In this document: positions 28,817 to 38,863 of the stretch, piece after piece
How positions within the stretch are numbered: position 1 is the first letter of the stretch
Layout of the letters: each line of letters begins with the position of its first letter
Virus record (IMG/VR): IMGVR_UViG_3300032893_000027
Span: 11,367 to 75,366 of that record
Reading direction: 5' to 3' (one strand)
Length of the DNA stretch: 64,000 nucleotides
Source: a virus
Translations under genes and position numbers: made by a program
The notes under the pieces: generated by a model
The model's input: the letters and a program-made list of their open reading frames with translations, nothing else
Database searches by the model: none
Told to the model about the DNA's origin: nothing

Positions 28817-29772
28817 TACGGTTGACCTCCATAGTTACCAAGCTTCTTCTCTTCCCGCAGCTTCATAAGCTGCACGGCATAATCAGCCTCAGAGACGCCA
28901 GCAATCTTTGCGGCCTCCTTCTGGGCTGCGGTGAGGGTAATACGGCCGGTATCTCGCTGGCCACTGGCCTTGGGCACCTCCCGAGACGGAGGGGCGCTGT
29001 AAGCGATCTTCCGAGTCTGGGTAGGCTTTTCCTCTTCGCTCACTTCCAACTCCTCGTCATCCTCAGGCTCCAGACTACCACGCATTCCAAGCCTTTCCTC
29101 CATCCTTTCGAAGTAGGGCTGCGAATAGGGCTGGAGGCCCTCGGCTACCACCTTCCAGTGAAGATACTGAATCTCAGCGTTCTTTTCTGGATTGTGGAGA
29201 TACTCTGGATGTTCCCGCAGCCACGTCTTGGCCAGTGGAGGAAGTGCGGTACTATCAAGGGCATCTTGCTGTTGAGGCTTAGGTTCGTACTTCGGACGCT
29301 CCTTGATTTCACGCTCGATAGCTTCCTTGCCCTGTTCCAGCGTCAGGATCTTAGTCTCAGCCCGCGCCAAGCGGCGATAAGCCTCAGCCTGAGCCTTGCC
29401 ATCCCCAAGCTGGGTGGCCATCTCAATGTCCCTTTGGGCCGTCTCAGCCTCGCCCTGAGCGGCAGCAAGGGCCGCACTGAGCGTCTCCTGCTGGCTTGTC
29501 ATGGACCGTTCTTGAAGCTTATTGACTTCAAGATCGCGTTCCTGAGCCTGCTTGATGGCGTCAAGCTTGGCCTGACGCTCCTGCTCTATCTGGGTGCGAT
29601 AGGTCTCATTGGCTTTTCTGAGGGTTTCGAGTTCGGCTTTAAGTGAAGCCGCTGGATCTTCTTGAGCCTCAACCTTCTCGGTATTGGTCTCTAGAGGTTC
29701 GCCCTCAACAGGGTCTCTTTCAACCACTTGGGCTGCGGCCTGACGGCCTCGAATAGGTCTCAATTTAGGCAT
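28816..29772 (-). CDS. Capsid scaffolding protein
   Basis: Acidic coiled coil, AKTWLREHP, C-terminal ITLTAAQKEAAKIAGVSEADYA. Confidence 0.75.
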   Translation of the reverse strand: MPKLRPIRGRQAAAQVVERDPVEGEPLETNTEKVEAQEDPAASLKAELETLRKANETYRTQIEQERQAKLDAIKQAQERDLEVNKLQERSMTSQQETLSAALAAAQGEAETAQRDIEMATQLGDGKAQAEAYRRLARAETKILTLEQGKEAIEREIKERPKYEPKPQQQDALDSTALPPLAKTWLREHPEYLHNPEKNAEIQYLHWKVVAEGLQPYSQPYFERMEERLGMRGSLEPEDDEELEVSEEEKPTQTRKIAYSAPPSREVPKASGQRDTGRITLTAAQKEAAKIAGVSEADYAVQLMKLREEKKLGNYGGQP

Positions 29773-29774
29773 TC

Positions 29775-30206
29775 TTAATCCTTATCAATAATCGCAGGGT
29801 CCTTGACCTTCATGCGGATCGAGGAGTCCCTCACCAAACGGCAGGGCCAATCCCCGACCGTCAACTGCCACGCATCACCAATCTTGAATACCACCCACTC
29901 GTTAATGTCGGCGGCTTGACCATTAAAGGAGAACTCCCCATCATCTCGGAAAGCATCCTTCCCCATCTTCAGAACAAGACCGGTCTTGCCTTGCCATACA
30001 TCCTCTTCGAGCGTATTCCCCGTGAGAATGATTCCACCCTTGGTCTTGGCCGGTCGAATATAGGTGGCGATCAAGACCATGTTATACATCACGTCGATTC
30101 CGGAGAGGTCCCCCACCTTGGCCCGAATCGCCGCCTTGCGCTCGGCAAGCTCAGGTATCTGGCTAACCTCTTCAATTGCTTTACGATTTAGTTTTACATG
30201 GCTCAT
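29775..30206 (-). CDS. groES: GroES-like co-chaperonin
   Basis: VLI..KTKGGIILT..GLVLKMG..WVVF. Confidence 0.75.
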   Translation of the reverse strand: MSHVKLNRKAIEEVSQIPELAERKAAIRAKVGDLSGIDVMYNMVLIATYIRPAKTKGGIILTGNTLEEDVWQGKTGLVLKMGKDAFRDDGEFSFNGQAADINEWVVFKIGDAWQLTVGDWPCRLVRDSSIRMKVKDPAIIDKD

Positions 30207-30388
30207 TGATCTTCTCTTTCTAAGTCTTCACAGAGGGCGAGAGCCCCCCTTAACCCTTCAATCTGTCCTACACAATGCCAATACCGGTTGAAGTTATCAT
30301 ATCCTGTGGACAGGGCTTCCTTGCGCTTCTCGATCTCCGCTTCAACTAATACCTCTAAGCGGGAATGAAATCTCGACTTGACGATCAT
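30203..30388 (-). CDS. Hypothetical protein
   Basis: Y..CVGQIEGL motif, common upstream of phage groES. Confidence 0.6.
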   Translation of the reverse strand: MIVKSRFHSRLEVLVEAEIEKRKEALSTGYDNFNRYWHCVGQIEGLRGALALCEDLEREDQ

Positions 30389-30391
30389 GGC

Positions 30392-30559
30392 TTATTTTTT
30401 CTTCTTGGATTGTCCGCTTTCGGACAGCGCAATGGCAACGGCCTGCTTGCGAGACTTCACCAACGGACCCGTCTTGGAGCCGCTATGAAGCTGTCCGTTT
30501 TTGAATTTGTGCATCTCAGTATGAACTATTTCTTTCTTACTCTGACCTTTAATCGGCAT
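30392..30559 (-). CDS. DUF6496-like small basic protein, 55 aa (not in the ORF track)
   Basis: EMHKFKNGQLHSGSKTGPLVKSRKQAVAIALSESG. Confidence 0.65.
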   Translation of the reverse strand: MPIKGQSKKEIVHTEMHKFKNGQLHSGSKTGPLVKSRKQAVAIALSESGQSKKKK

Positions 30560-30780
30560 TAGATTTCTCTTTTATCAGTTGGAACACAAACGACCTCAGC
30601 CTTACCGGCGGGTCGATATGTACTCATAAACTGTTCTGCTTTATCAGCACACTCTTCGTAAGAATATAATTGTGGAAAAGTAAACGTCACCGGTCGGGTC
30701 GGATGGATCTTCTTGGTGCTATAAGGGCTGATGACGGCCAGCCAAGCCGTCACCACGATCTGAAAGAACGTCGAGGCCAA
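30559..30780 (-). CDS. Hypothetical protein
   Basis: Coupled ORF with SYEEC..VCVP. Confidence 0.5.
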   Translation of the reverse strand: MASTFFQIVVTAWLAVISPYSTKKIHPTRPVTFTFPQLYSYEECADKAEQFMSTYRPAGKAEVVCVPTDKREI

Positions 30781-31476
30781 TTACCTGTCGCCTCTATGCT
30801 TCTTATAATACTTATACTGGGCCAAGGTGCCGCTGCCGCTATTCTGGCCGCCAGTCTTGGCATTCAGAATCGAGACCGGACCACCCCGAGCATAGCGAGT
30901 GTTCTCGGAGGTGCGCTTACTCCACTTGGCAAGGTTCTCTGGATTGGCAATCCCGCTAATATACTTTCCGTCCTTCTTCACAGCCCCACCTCGTTTCATT
31001 CCGCCGGGACCACCCATCGGCGGCTTACCCATCGGAGGACCCCCTAAGCCCGGCATACCTCCAGCCATAGGCGAAGGGGGCGGCGCCATTGGCGCCTTGG
31101 GCGGCATAAGTGGCGGGGGACTACCCGCCATTGGTCCCGCTGGGGGAGGTCCACCGGGACCACCACTCGGGGCGACCACTATGTTAATCTTCGTGTGGTG
31201 GCCCTTACCGCCCTTCTTTACTTTACCACCACGGGCGTATTTGTCCATACGTTTCATGGACTTACCGCCACAAGCCATTTTGGCTTCTTTCGTAATCTTG
31301 CTATGCTTGCCTTCGTATTGAGGGCCATGATGCTTAGACGTCTTGGGAGTCACGCCACCGCCAGTAGCATAAGTGGCCGTCTCACCCTTCTTCTGGTGCT
31401 CATGACCAAACAGCTTGTGGACCCTATCAGTACTGAAGGGATGCGACTTGCCAACATGCTTATAGGGATGCGCCAT
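30781..31476 (-). CDS. Basic, Pro/Gly-rich internal protein with multiple xxGG motifs
   Basis: YATGGGV, MACGGKS, YARGGKV, MKRGGAV, YARGGPV; start reassigned to MAHPYK. Confidence 0.65.
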   Translation of the reverse strand: MAHPYKHVGKSHPFSTDRVHKLFGHEHQKKGETATYATGGGVTPKTSKHHGPQYEGKHSKITKEAKMACGGKSMKRMDKYARGGKVKKGGKGHHTKINIVVAPSGGPGGPPPAGPMAGSPPPLMPPKAPMAPPPSPMAGGMPGLGGPPMGKPPMGGPGGMKRGGAVKKDGKYISGIANPENLAKWSKRTSENTRYARGGPVSILNAKTGGQNSGSGTLAQYKYYKKHRGDR

Positions 31477-31477
31477 C

Positions 31478-31696
31478 TTACTTCTTTCCAGCTTGACTAC
31501 CGGCAGGCTTACCGGCAGGGATGGGACCAATGCTCTCCCGTGCCGGGAGGGTTAGGGGATCAAGATCTTGGTTCTGGTAATAGGCCATATCAGCAGCCTT
31601 ATCACCCGGCCATTTATAATGGTCGGCATGACCAACAATCTTTTGCATCTTGGTAAACCGAGATTTCTTAACGTCGCCGTGATGATGATGTGCCAT
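31478..31696 (-). CDS. Small His-rich hypothetical protein
   Basis: Coupled to the portal stop codon. Confidence 0.55.
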   Translation of the reverse strand: MAHHHHGDVKKSRFTKMQKIVGHADHYKWPGDKAADMAYYQNQDLDPLTLPARESIGPIPAGKPAGSQAGKK

Positions 31697-34407
31697 TAGT
31701 CCTCGTCCCTCTTGGGTTTCTTTGTAACAGCTTTCTTACTAGCTGTCACCTTGGCCTGAGCCAGCTTCTTGCTGGTAGAAAGTTCTACCTTATGTTTTTC
31801 TTTCTTCATTTGCATTTCTTGATCGTTATGATCTAGCTGCTGCTCATGAGCCTCATCTTCTCTTTCAGTTTTCGCCTCTTCAGACGGACCATGCGCTTTC
31901 GCAGCAGCGTCTCCCATTTTCTTGGCCGCCTCAAGTTCGACCTGATGCCGTTCCCTCTGGTGCTGCATCTCTTGGGCATGCTGCGCCGCCTCCCGCGCTA
32001 ACTGAGAGCGGTGCTTCTGGTTCTCCATCTGAATCTGTTGGTTGCCTTTCTGCTGCTCTAGGGCAAACTGCCCCTTCTGCTTCATGGCTTCCGTATACAG
32101 ATTCGCTTGGTTTTCCTGATGCTTGGCATGGACATCATGAGCCCGAGCCAGCATGTCCATCTGCATCTCTTGCTGCTTGGATGCCTGATCCATCTGCATC
32201 TTGTGATGAGCCTGAACCAGATCCGTTTGGGCCTGCTGCGTGTGTATAATACGCTCACCCTCCAGCTTCTTGTCCTGAAGCAGAAGTTTCATCTGCTCAA
32301 TCTTCTCACGGCTGACCCGCTCCTGCGCCGCATCCTGTATCTTCATGGCTTCGCTGGCGGCCTTGATCTTCGTCTCAAGCAACTGAATCTCAGCCTGCTT
32401 TTCTGCCTGCATTGACTTCTGCTGTATCGCCACCATGCGTGGATCAGGAGCAGGAGTAGCAGGAGCCTGACGAAACAATCCTTGCGGATTAATGTCCGCA
32501 ATTTGCATGACATGCATATCCACCCCAACCGGATCGTAAAGATCTGGGTTAGCCTTCTGAAGCTCCTTGATAGCCATAGCCTTGGCCATGCGGTGCAGAC
32601 TGGTTGGGTTGTTGGGATCGGCCACCGGAACAATGTGATAGTCATTAAGTGCTTGAAGGAACTGGTCTTTCTCCCACTTCTTGAAGCCTTTGCAATGCCG
32701 GATGAACGCACCGGGATCTTCCCGGAGACGTTCGACTAGGAGTTCAAATTCCTTCGCCTGCGAGGCATGGAGACGCTTGTGAGCCGAATCCATGACCTTG
32801 GTCGCTTGTTCGATGAGTGCAAGAGTAGTTCCAACAGGAGCGTCCTGTTTGCCTTCGCCGACGTTGATGTTTGCTGTCTGTCCAAGCTTTCGTCCAATTT
32901 CCTCCAGATGTTGGATGAAGGCCGTAAAGGACGGACCCGTCTCTTTGTACGGCAGCGGCATGACCGATTTGCGGATATCATCCTGTGATCCGATTTCAAG
33001 TCCAACACCCCCACCCGGAGGCACCCGGAACTGGTTAGAGAGTTGCCGACCAATCCCCTTTGCATACAAGAAGCCGGGGAAGTTCGCGAACATCCCGTTG
33101 TCGAGTTGGAGTCGGGTCGATGCTGTTAATGCAATCGTTATATTACCGAGAAGGTGGACATAGCCAAGCCCATAAAAGCCCAATCCACGGACCATTGGGA
33201 ATTGCACAAAGTATTCTTTGGCGCGGCAGTCCTTGTCGTCCTTCTTCCAGTTCCTTCTAATGTCAAGAATCTGGCGAGAACCCTTTTCAATTGTGACACG
33301 ATAGGGAAGGGGTAACCCTTTGCCCTTGAACTTCTCAGGGGCGAATTCATCGAGGTCTAACTCTGTGTAGATTTCGTAGACTTCATAGTCGCGGTCTTCA
33401 GGTTTCTGCGCATTCGGATTGAAGCCTGCAACTTCATTTTTCTTTTTATCAACCGCCGTTTGAGGGAACTGGACGGGAGCCGCGAGGTCCACATCACGGT
33501 AAACCTCTTCGATCTGCATCCGCTTCAGGACCGACTTGCGCATCCTGATACGATGGGTGATACGGCCACAGTTCTGGAGATCGGTGGCCGAGTCCGATAC
33601 GATTAGATCTTCTGCATCAACGCTCTCTGAAACAGCCTTACGCTTTAGTGGACAGTTAAAAACTTTCTTAAATCCGTCACCACCGAAACCAACATAGAAC
33701 AACATGCGGTCAGTATCGGCCACATAGTTGGTCCCGGTTAATAGATAATGGTTGAGTCCCTGTTCCAGCGCTTGAGCGAGTTCGTCGCTACTGGCTGCAA
33801 GTTGAGGGGGAGGAAGGGTGGGATATGGATTGTCGGGGTCCGCCGCATTGGGCGATGCAAGGACATACCTCGGCACAATCGGTGAGTCATTCCGGACCTT
33901 AACCGGACCTGCCGCAGGTAATAGCTCCGCTCGGGCCGTGGCTTGGAATGACACTGTGGCGTCAAGCAGGAGGGGGTGCCGCACCGTGGACATACCCTCC
34001 AAGGGGGCAGACGATCCACCAAGGTCGGTACGAGGCTTTTCAAGCTTGAGCCCAAGTAATTCAATACCGAGAGCCCTTGTTTCCATCCACTCATTCCGCG
34101 ACAATATGTCGCGCTCGACACCAGCCAGAAGTTCCGAAGCAATCTTACCGAGTTCATCCTCGGATATTTCAAGGGCAAGGTTGGCTTCGAAACTGGTATC
34201 CCGCTTAACAGTGGTATGAGCACGAATAGCTTCCGGGTTCGTATCAAAAGTCGTGGTTCCATCAGCATTGTCGATGCGAAGCATCCCATGCTCGACGGTT
34301 ATGTTCACTGTTTCTTCTTTTGACGGACTCTCGACCAGCCGCAGTCTGGGCCGGTCTGGGGTCGGATAGGGGTCCGACAATCCCATGCTATTCGATTTTC
34401 GAGCCAT
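31696..34407 (-). CDS. Portal protein with long Gln-rich C-terminal coiled coil (P22-like barrel)
   Basis: HPLLLDA..FQA.ARAELLPAAGPVK, GFYGLGYVHLLGN, PVGTTLALIEQ; directly after terL. Confidence 0.85.
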   Translation of the reverse strand: MARKSNSMGLSDPYPTPDRPRLRLVESPSKEETVNITVEHGMLRIDNADGTTTFDTNPEAIRAHTTVKRDTSFEANLALEISEDELGKIASELLAGVERDILSRNEWMETRALGIELLGLKLEKPRTDLGGSSAPLEGMSTVRHPLLLDATVSFQATARAELLPAAGPVKVRNDSPIVPRYVLASPNAADPDNPYPTLPPPQLAASSDELAQALEQGLNHYLLTGTNYVADTDRMLFYVGFGGDGFKKVFNCPLKRKAVSESVDAEDLIVSDSATDLQNCGRITHRIRMRKSVLKRMQIEEVYRDVDLAAPVQFPQTAVDKKKNEVAGFNPNAQKPEDRDYEVYEIYTELDLDEFAPEKFKGKGLPLPYRVTIEKGSRQILDIRRNWKKDDKDCRAKEYFVQFPMVRGLGFYGLGYVHLLGNITIALTASTRLQLDNGMFANFPGFLYAKGIGRQLSNQFRVPPGGGVGLEIGSQDDIRKSVMPLPYKETGPSFTAFIQHLEEIGRKLGQTANINVGEGKQDAPVGTTLALIEQATKVMDSAHKRLHASQAKEFELLVERLREDPGAFIRHCKGFKKWEKDQFLQALNDYHIVPVADPNNPTSLHRMAKAMAIKELQKANPDLYDPVGVDMHVMQIADINPQGLFRQAPATPAPDPRMVAIQQKSMQAEKQAEIQLLETKIKAASEAMKIQDAAQERVSREKIEQMKLLLQDKKLEGERIIHTQQAQTDLVQAHHKMQMDQASKQQEMQMDMLARAHDVHAKHQENQANLYTEAMKQKGQFALEQQKGNQQIQMENQKHRSQLAREAAQHAQEMQHQRERHQVELEAAKKMGDAAAKAHGPSEEAKTEREDEAHEQQLDHNDQEMQMKKEKHKVELSTSKKLAQAKVTASKKAVTKKPKRDED

Positions 34408-34414
34408 ATATTAG

Positions 34415-36109
34415 TTACGACCAGTATAGAGGCTGGGACAAGTTCCGACGATCATATGCCATTTCGTCATCTGATGCCACTCTATACTCTTCCTTACGTA
34501 GGGCAAAGCCCATATCTCTCAACCACCTAAGCGCTTGAGAGGTACTGTCTACCAGATCGTCATGGCTACCTTTGGGGAAGATACCGCACTGGCGAATCAC
34601 CTTATCGGCCCAACTTCTATCCGGCGCATAGACCATTCCGTCCCGGAACAAATGTTCAATCGAGTTCACCCGTGCCCACTTGTCGCCATACTTCTTGGGG
34701 TCGACTTGTTCCACCGACAGCCTTCCGGTTCCCCGGAGCAGCCGACTGAGTTCCTGCCCGACTGACTGGCCGCTGCCCTTGGCCTCGATTAACAATCTAT
34801 CCACAGGGAATGTGGGCCATGTCGCCCCCTCCTGAGGGATACAGGTATCCATCACCTTCTGTAACAAGTCCGTGAATTGGAGCCGCTCCTCCCATGCATA
34901 GAGCAACATGATCTTGGGGTGGTCAATCATGGGCTTATTTTCGATAAACAGCTTGTGGCGACCCCTGAGGTCCGGAACCGGTTCTATTAGTTCCGATTCT
35001 TCCCGCCATATCCCCCATACCGTGAGGGCCGAGGGATCGTTCTCATCCTTCTCCGTAAAGGCCGGGTCCAAGGAAGCTACGACGAATTCGAATGGCGGAA
35101 GCCTTGGCATCTTATCCGTGTCCCAAAGCTGCCAATATTCCTCCTTAATAATGGCACCACCACGAGGAACCGGATACTGCTGATACTGACCAGCCCACGC
35201 ATACGGACCCTTATCTCGTTCCATATTCACGCAAACTTGATCAGTGAACCGCTCGGGCCATGCTAGTTCTCCGTCCTCTTCTCTGGGGTCCTCCCAGATA
35301 TTCTCGACCTCTTGAATCTCTCCAGTCTCCGGGTTAGCGAGTTCCTCTGTTCCTAAGACCGTAACACAATGACGGGCAGGATCATGCCGCATCGGTATCA
35401 TAAGGTGGGTGTAACCCATCTCACGAGAGACGGCGACACCGGATACGTCGTCCTCGTGAAGTCTTTGTTGAATAATAACAATTGCGGATTCTTGGGGGTT
35501 ATTGAGACGGTCTGGAACGACTTCCGTAAACCACATGTTCGTTGTGTATCGAACCTGTTCCGACTCCATCTCCATTGTGTTGTTGGGGTCGTCAATGATG
35601 AACCTGTCGCCGCGTTCACCCACCCCGATACCACTAACGGAGGTAGCGAGCTTCCAACCAGTCTTGTCGTTGGCGAACTTGATTTTGGTAAATTGTTCGT
35701 TACTAATGTGGAACCGATTTCCCCACAGCTTTTGATACCGGTCGCTAATGACAATGTTGCGACAACGCATATTATCGCGTTCCGTCAAGTGATTCGAGTA
35801 AGAAGCGCAAACATATCTGGTCCACGGCATATTTCGGGGACCCCACTCCCACGCTGGCCAGAACACGTCAGTCATTAACGACTTCGTGAAGCCGGGTGGA
35901 ACATTGATGAGGAGACGTTTGATATGGCCGTGGGTGACAGCTTCGAGGTGCTCCGCAATGGCTTCTATAGCCCAACCTCTTATAAAGGGGATAGCGGGCT
36001 CGACTACGGGCCAAACATACTCGGCAAATTCTATAAGTCTGCTTTCGGCGCGAACCTTCTCCATACGCTTTGCGATTTCGGCGGCAGCCTTAAGGACAAT
36101 AGTGTGCAT
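34415..36109 (-). CDS. terL: Terminase large subunit
   Basis: Walker A INVPPGFTKS, Walker B FIIDDP, QQRLHEDD, YQQ.P, RNase H-like SLDPAF and HDDLVDS. Confidence 0.92.
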   Translation of the reverse strand: MHTIVLKAAAEIAKRMEKVRAESRLIEFAEYVWPVVEPAIPFIRGWAIEAIAEHLEAVTHGHIKRLLINVPPGFTKSLMTDVFWPAWEWGPRNMPWTRYVCASYSNHLTERDNMRCRNIVISDRYQKLWGNRFHISNEQFTKIKFANDKTGWKLATSVSGIGVGERGDRFIIDDPNNTMEMESEQVRYTTNMWFTEVVPDRLNNPQESAIVIIQQRLHEDDVSGVAVSREMGYTHLMIPMRHDPARHCVTVLGTEELANPETGEIQEVENIWEDPREEDGELAWPERFTDQVCVNMERDKGPYAWAGQYQQYPVPRGGAIIKEEYWQLWDTDKMPRLPPFEFVVASLDPAFTEKDENDPSALTVWGIWREESELIEPVPDLRGRHKLFIENKPMIDHPKIMLLYAWEERLQFTDLLQKVMDTCIPQEGATWPTFPVDRLLIEAKGSGQSVGQELSRLLRGTGRLSVEQVDPKKYGDKWARVNSIEHLFRDGMVYAPDRSWADKVIRQCGIFPKGSHDDLVDSTSQALRWLRDMGFALRKEEYRVASDDEMAYDRRNLSQPLYWS

Positions 36110-36140
36110 ATAACCCTCGTAACGAAGAATTGAGAGTAAA

Positions 36141-36353
36141 ATGAAACTAGAACAATTACAACAGCTTGAATCTCAAATGATGGAGGAGGTCGTCAAGCGC
36201 AGGAAGCTTGGCGGCTATAGCACAGAGGCAGAGGGTCTTCTGCTGGTCTGTGAGCATCTTTTAAAACTAGAACAACATCTCCGAAACGAAGCCGAGATGG
36301 TGGAGGTGATGAGTGCCGTTACCCCTAAAAACAAAAAGGCTAGATCTGCATAA
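36141..36353 (+). CDS. Hypothetical protein (first gene of the sugar operon)
   Basis: ORF overlaps the downstream GNAT gene. Confidence 0.5.
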   Translation: MKLEQLQQLESQMMEEVVKRRKLGGYSTEAEGLLLVCEHLLKLEQHLRNEAEMVEVMSAVTPKNKKARSA

Positions 36354-36831
36354 CCTCGTATACGAGGAAGAGACCCTACGGACCATTGTGGGCTGGTTGA
36401 ATCATCCGGACGTTGTTCGGTTTTCCGAGCAACGCCACCGAACCCACAATATCCAAAGCCAAGTTAACTACTTCAATTCTATCGTTCATGGCAATCGCTA
36501 TGTCGGGATTTATCTCGGCAAGCTTTTGATTGGGACGATGACGGCCACATTCGACAAGCCCAACTCTATTGCCAACATCGGCATCATGCTTGGCGAGAAA
36601 AGCCAATGGGGTCATGGCTATGGGCAGGAAGCTTGGTCAAGTTTTTGTGATGAATTATTCCGGGAAGGGGTGCGAAAAATAGAAGCGGGCTGCATGTCCA
36701 TCAACTATAGGATGATGGGTATCTGCCAGCACTACGGGATGGTCGAAGAAGGCCGCCAAGATAAACACTTTGTTTTTGGCGAGGGGTTCACTGATCTGGT
36801 CCATTGGGGAAAGTTTAATGAGCCAAGCTGA
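36313..36831 (+). CDS. pseH: RimJ/PseH-like GNAT N-acyltransferase
   Basis: LKTKRL..WLNHPDV..IGIMLGEKSQWGHGYGQEA; GGAGGT RBS; sugar-cluster context (symbol tentative). Confidence 0.7.
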   Translation: MPLPLKTKRLDLHNLVYEEETLRTIVGWLNHPDVVRFSEQRHRTHNIQSQVNYFNSIVHGNRYVGIYLGKLLIGTMTATFDKPNSIANIGIMLGEKSQWGHGYGQEAWSSFCDELFREGVRKIEAGCMSINYRMMGICQHYGMVEEGRQDKHFVFGEGFTDLVHWGKFNEPS

Positions 36832-37420
36832 AGTCTTTCTAGCAGGAGAAGGAGACCGCTATCATGAACGAAACCGCAATGCAGAACTTAACGCAAGCGT
36901 TGTTAACGCCATACTTAGCATTGGCTTCCGGCCAAATGCTATTCTTGAGATTGGCTGTGGAGATGGCCGATACCTTCACGAACTCTATCAATACTATGGA
37001 GGACGATGCGTTGGGGTCGATCCTTCCTCGGACGCCATCGCCGAAGGCAAACTCAAATATCCGGAAATTGAACTCATATGCACGGACGCGAAGGGAATAA
37101 CGGATCGGTCGAGTTTCGACCTTATCGTCTTCGGGTTCTGTCTCTATCTAATGGATAGACAAGATCTGTTCTATCTTGTCTACCAATTCGACTGGCACCT
37201 TAAAGACGGTGGTTACCTCGCTATCCACGACTTCGATCCTGAGTATCCTCAGGTCTCGACCTACAAGCACAGGAAGGGAATCTACTCCTACAAGATGGAT
37301 TACCCTTCTCTGTGGCTGGCTAATCCCGGCTACAGGAAGATTACAAAGGCCAAGACCGGTGAGGGCACTGCTATCACCATCCTCCAAAAACATGGCTGGG
37401 GTTCCCTATGCGAGTCCTGA
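36818..37420 (+). CDS. SAM-dependent methyltransferase (pseudaminic-acid-cluster-associated type)
   Basis: FLAGEGDRYHERN, ILEIGCGDG, GVDPS, FDLIVFGFCLY. Confidence 0.8.
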   Translation: MSQAEVFLAGEGDRYHERNRNAELNASVVNAILSIGFRPNAILEIGCGDGRYLHELYQYYGGRCVGVDPSSDAIAEGKLKYPEIELICTDAKGITDRSSFDLIVFGFCLYLMDRQDLFYLVYQFDWHLKDGGYLAIHDFDPEYPQVSTYKHRKGIYSYKMDYPSLWLANPGYRKITKAKTGEGTAITILQKHGWGSLCES

Positions 37421-38013
37421 TCCTATCCGGTTCCCCAGACCTCATCGAAGATACGGTCGTAGCCAGTGGCTGCGACCCCGTTGTCAGAATGCCTGATCTG
37501 GAAGTCTCTGACTGGCCCAAGAACGTCGATTGGGTTATCTCCTTTGGCTATCGCAAGATCGTGCCAGCCGCCGTACTCAAGAAGTTTGAAGGACGAGTCA
37601 TCAACCTTCATAACTCCTTGTTGCCTTTCAACAAAGGCGCCCATCCGAACTTCTGGTCGTGGTGGGACAAGACCCCCAAGGGCGTCTCGATCCACAAGAT
37701 GACAGACTCTCTCGACGGCGGACAGGTTCTTTGCCGCCACATTGTGGCCGAGTTCGATTTCAGGCCCACCAAGACATTGAAGTCCACCTATGACGATCTG
37801 ATGGTGGCCGCCAGCGGTTTATTCAAACGGAACTGGATTCGCATCCTCTCTAACGACATTGTTCCCCCAGCCGCCTACGAACATGTTGGAACCTATCATC
37901 GCGTCAAAGATCTCGATCCGTTCTTTCGGTTGCTGCCACGGGGCTGGGATACCGATGTGACCCACGTTGAAGACATGGGCGACCTGTACCGAGGCGTCAA
38001 TGGCAAAGCCTAG
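37408..38013 (+). CDS. Sugar N-formyltransferase
   Basis: ISFGYRKIV..INLHNSLLPFNKGAHP..GVSIH..LDGG. Confidence 0.85.
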   Translation: MRVLILSGSPDLIEDTVVASGCDPVVRMPDLEVSDWPKNVDWVISFGYRKIVPAAVLKKFEGRVINLHNSLLPFNKGAHPNFWSWWDKTPKGVSIHKMTDSLDGGQVLCRHIVAEFDFRPTKTLKSTYDDLMVAASGLFKRNWIRILSNDIVPPAAYEHVGTYHRVKDLDPFFRLLPRGWDTDVTHVEDMGDLYRGVNGKA

Positions 38014-38863
38014 TGTCGGTATTCTCGGAATGGGCAGCATTGGCACGAGGCATGCCAAGAACTTCATGAGCCTTGGGTGCCCTGTACGTGGCTATGATCC
38101 AGCGACTCATACTGGCGATTATCGCAATTCGATCCTTGGAGGATCAGATGTTGTTGTCATCGCTACGCCAACAATAAGGCATTACGAAGACATAATTGAT
38201 TGTTCCAACCACAAGAAGCCTATGCTTGTGGAGAAGCCGATCTGCGAGACAAGTTTCGTCCGTAAGGAACTTATGCCTTACGTCAAGATGGTAGGATATA
38301 ACCTACGGTTTCATTCCTGCGTTCGAAAGACTCGTGACTGGTTGGGCGCTGGTCTGATTGGCAAGCCATTATGGGCGAGGTTCACCTGTGGCCAATACAA
38401 CGATAAGCCTGCGTATCTTCGTGATGGCGTACTCCTTAATTGGAGCCATGAACTTGACCTTGCTCTTTATCTTCTTGGAATGGCCCGTGTCATGGGGGCG
38501 CATCTGCACCTTAACCCTGAAGATCTGGCTGACGTTCTACTTCGCCATGACAATAATGGCTGTTATAGCACTGTTCATCTCGATTACCTCGCTCGCCCTG
38601 AGCGTCGTGGCTTTGTAATCGTCGGGGAACGGGGAACTATAGATTCAGATTTAGTCTCTCGGAGAGCCACCCTGATCGACAACAATGGTGGCGTAGTCCA
38701 TCAGCACTTCGGTCGGGATACCTTTGACAGCAATTATATTACAGAAGCGGAAGCCTTCTTGGAGCGACTCGATGGCAAAGAGACCATCGGCTGCACCGCT
38801 GAGGAAGCCCTTCAGGTGGTAGAAATCGTTGAGGAAGCAAAGGGTTGCCACCGCTATGAATAA
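38000..38863 (+). CDS. Gfo/Idh/MocA NAD(P)-dependent oxidoreductase
   Basis: GMGSIGTRH, VIATPT..H, LVEKP, GYNLRFH, SHELD. Confidence 0.88.
   Translation: MAKPSVGILGMGSIGTRHAKNFMSLGCPVRGYDPATHTGDYRNSILGGSDVVVIATPTIRHYEDIIDCSNHKKPMLVEKPICETSFVRKELMPYVKMVGYNLRFHSCVRKTRDWLGAGLIGKPLWARFTCGQYNDKPAYLRDGVLLNWSHELDLALYLLGMARVMGAHLHLNPEDLADVLLRHDNNGCYSTVHLDYLARPERRGFVIVGERGTIDSDLVSRRATLIDNNGGVVHQHFGRDTFDSNYITEAEAFLERLDGKETIGCTAEEALQVVEIVEEAKGCHRYE

Noticed and set aside
25490-29646. Long plus-strand ORFs (308, 201 and 274 aa)
   Set aside because: They are antisense to clear head genes and carry no recognisable motifs.
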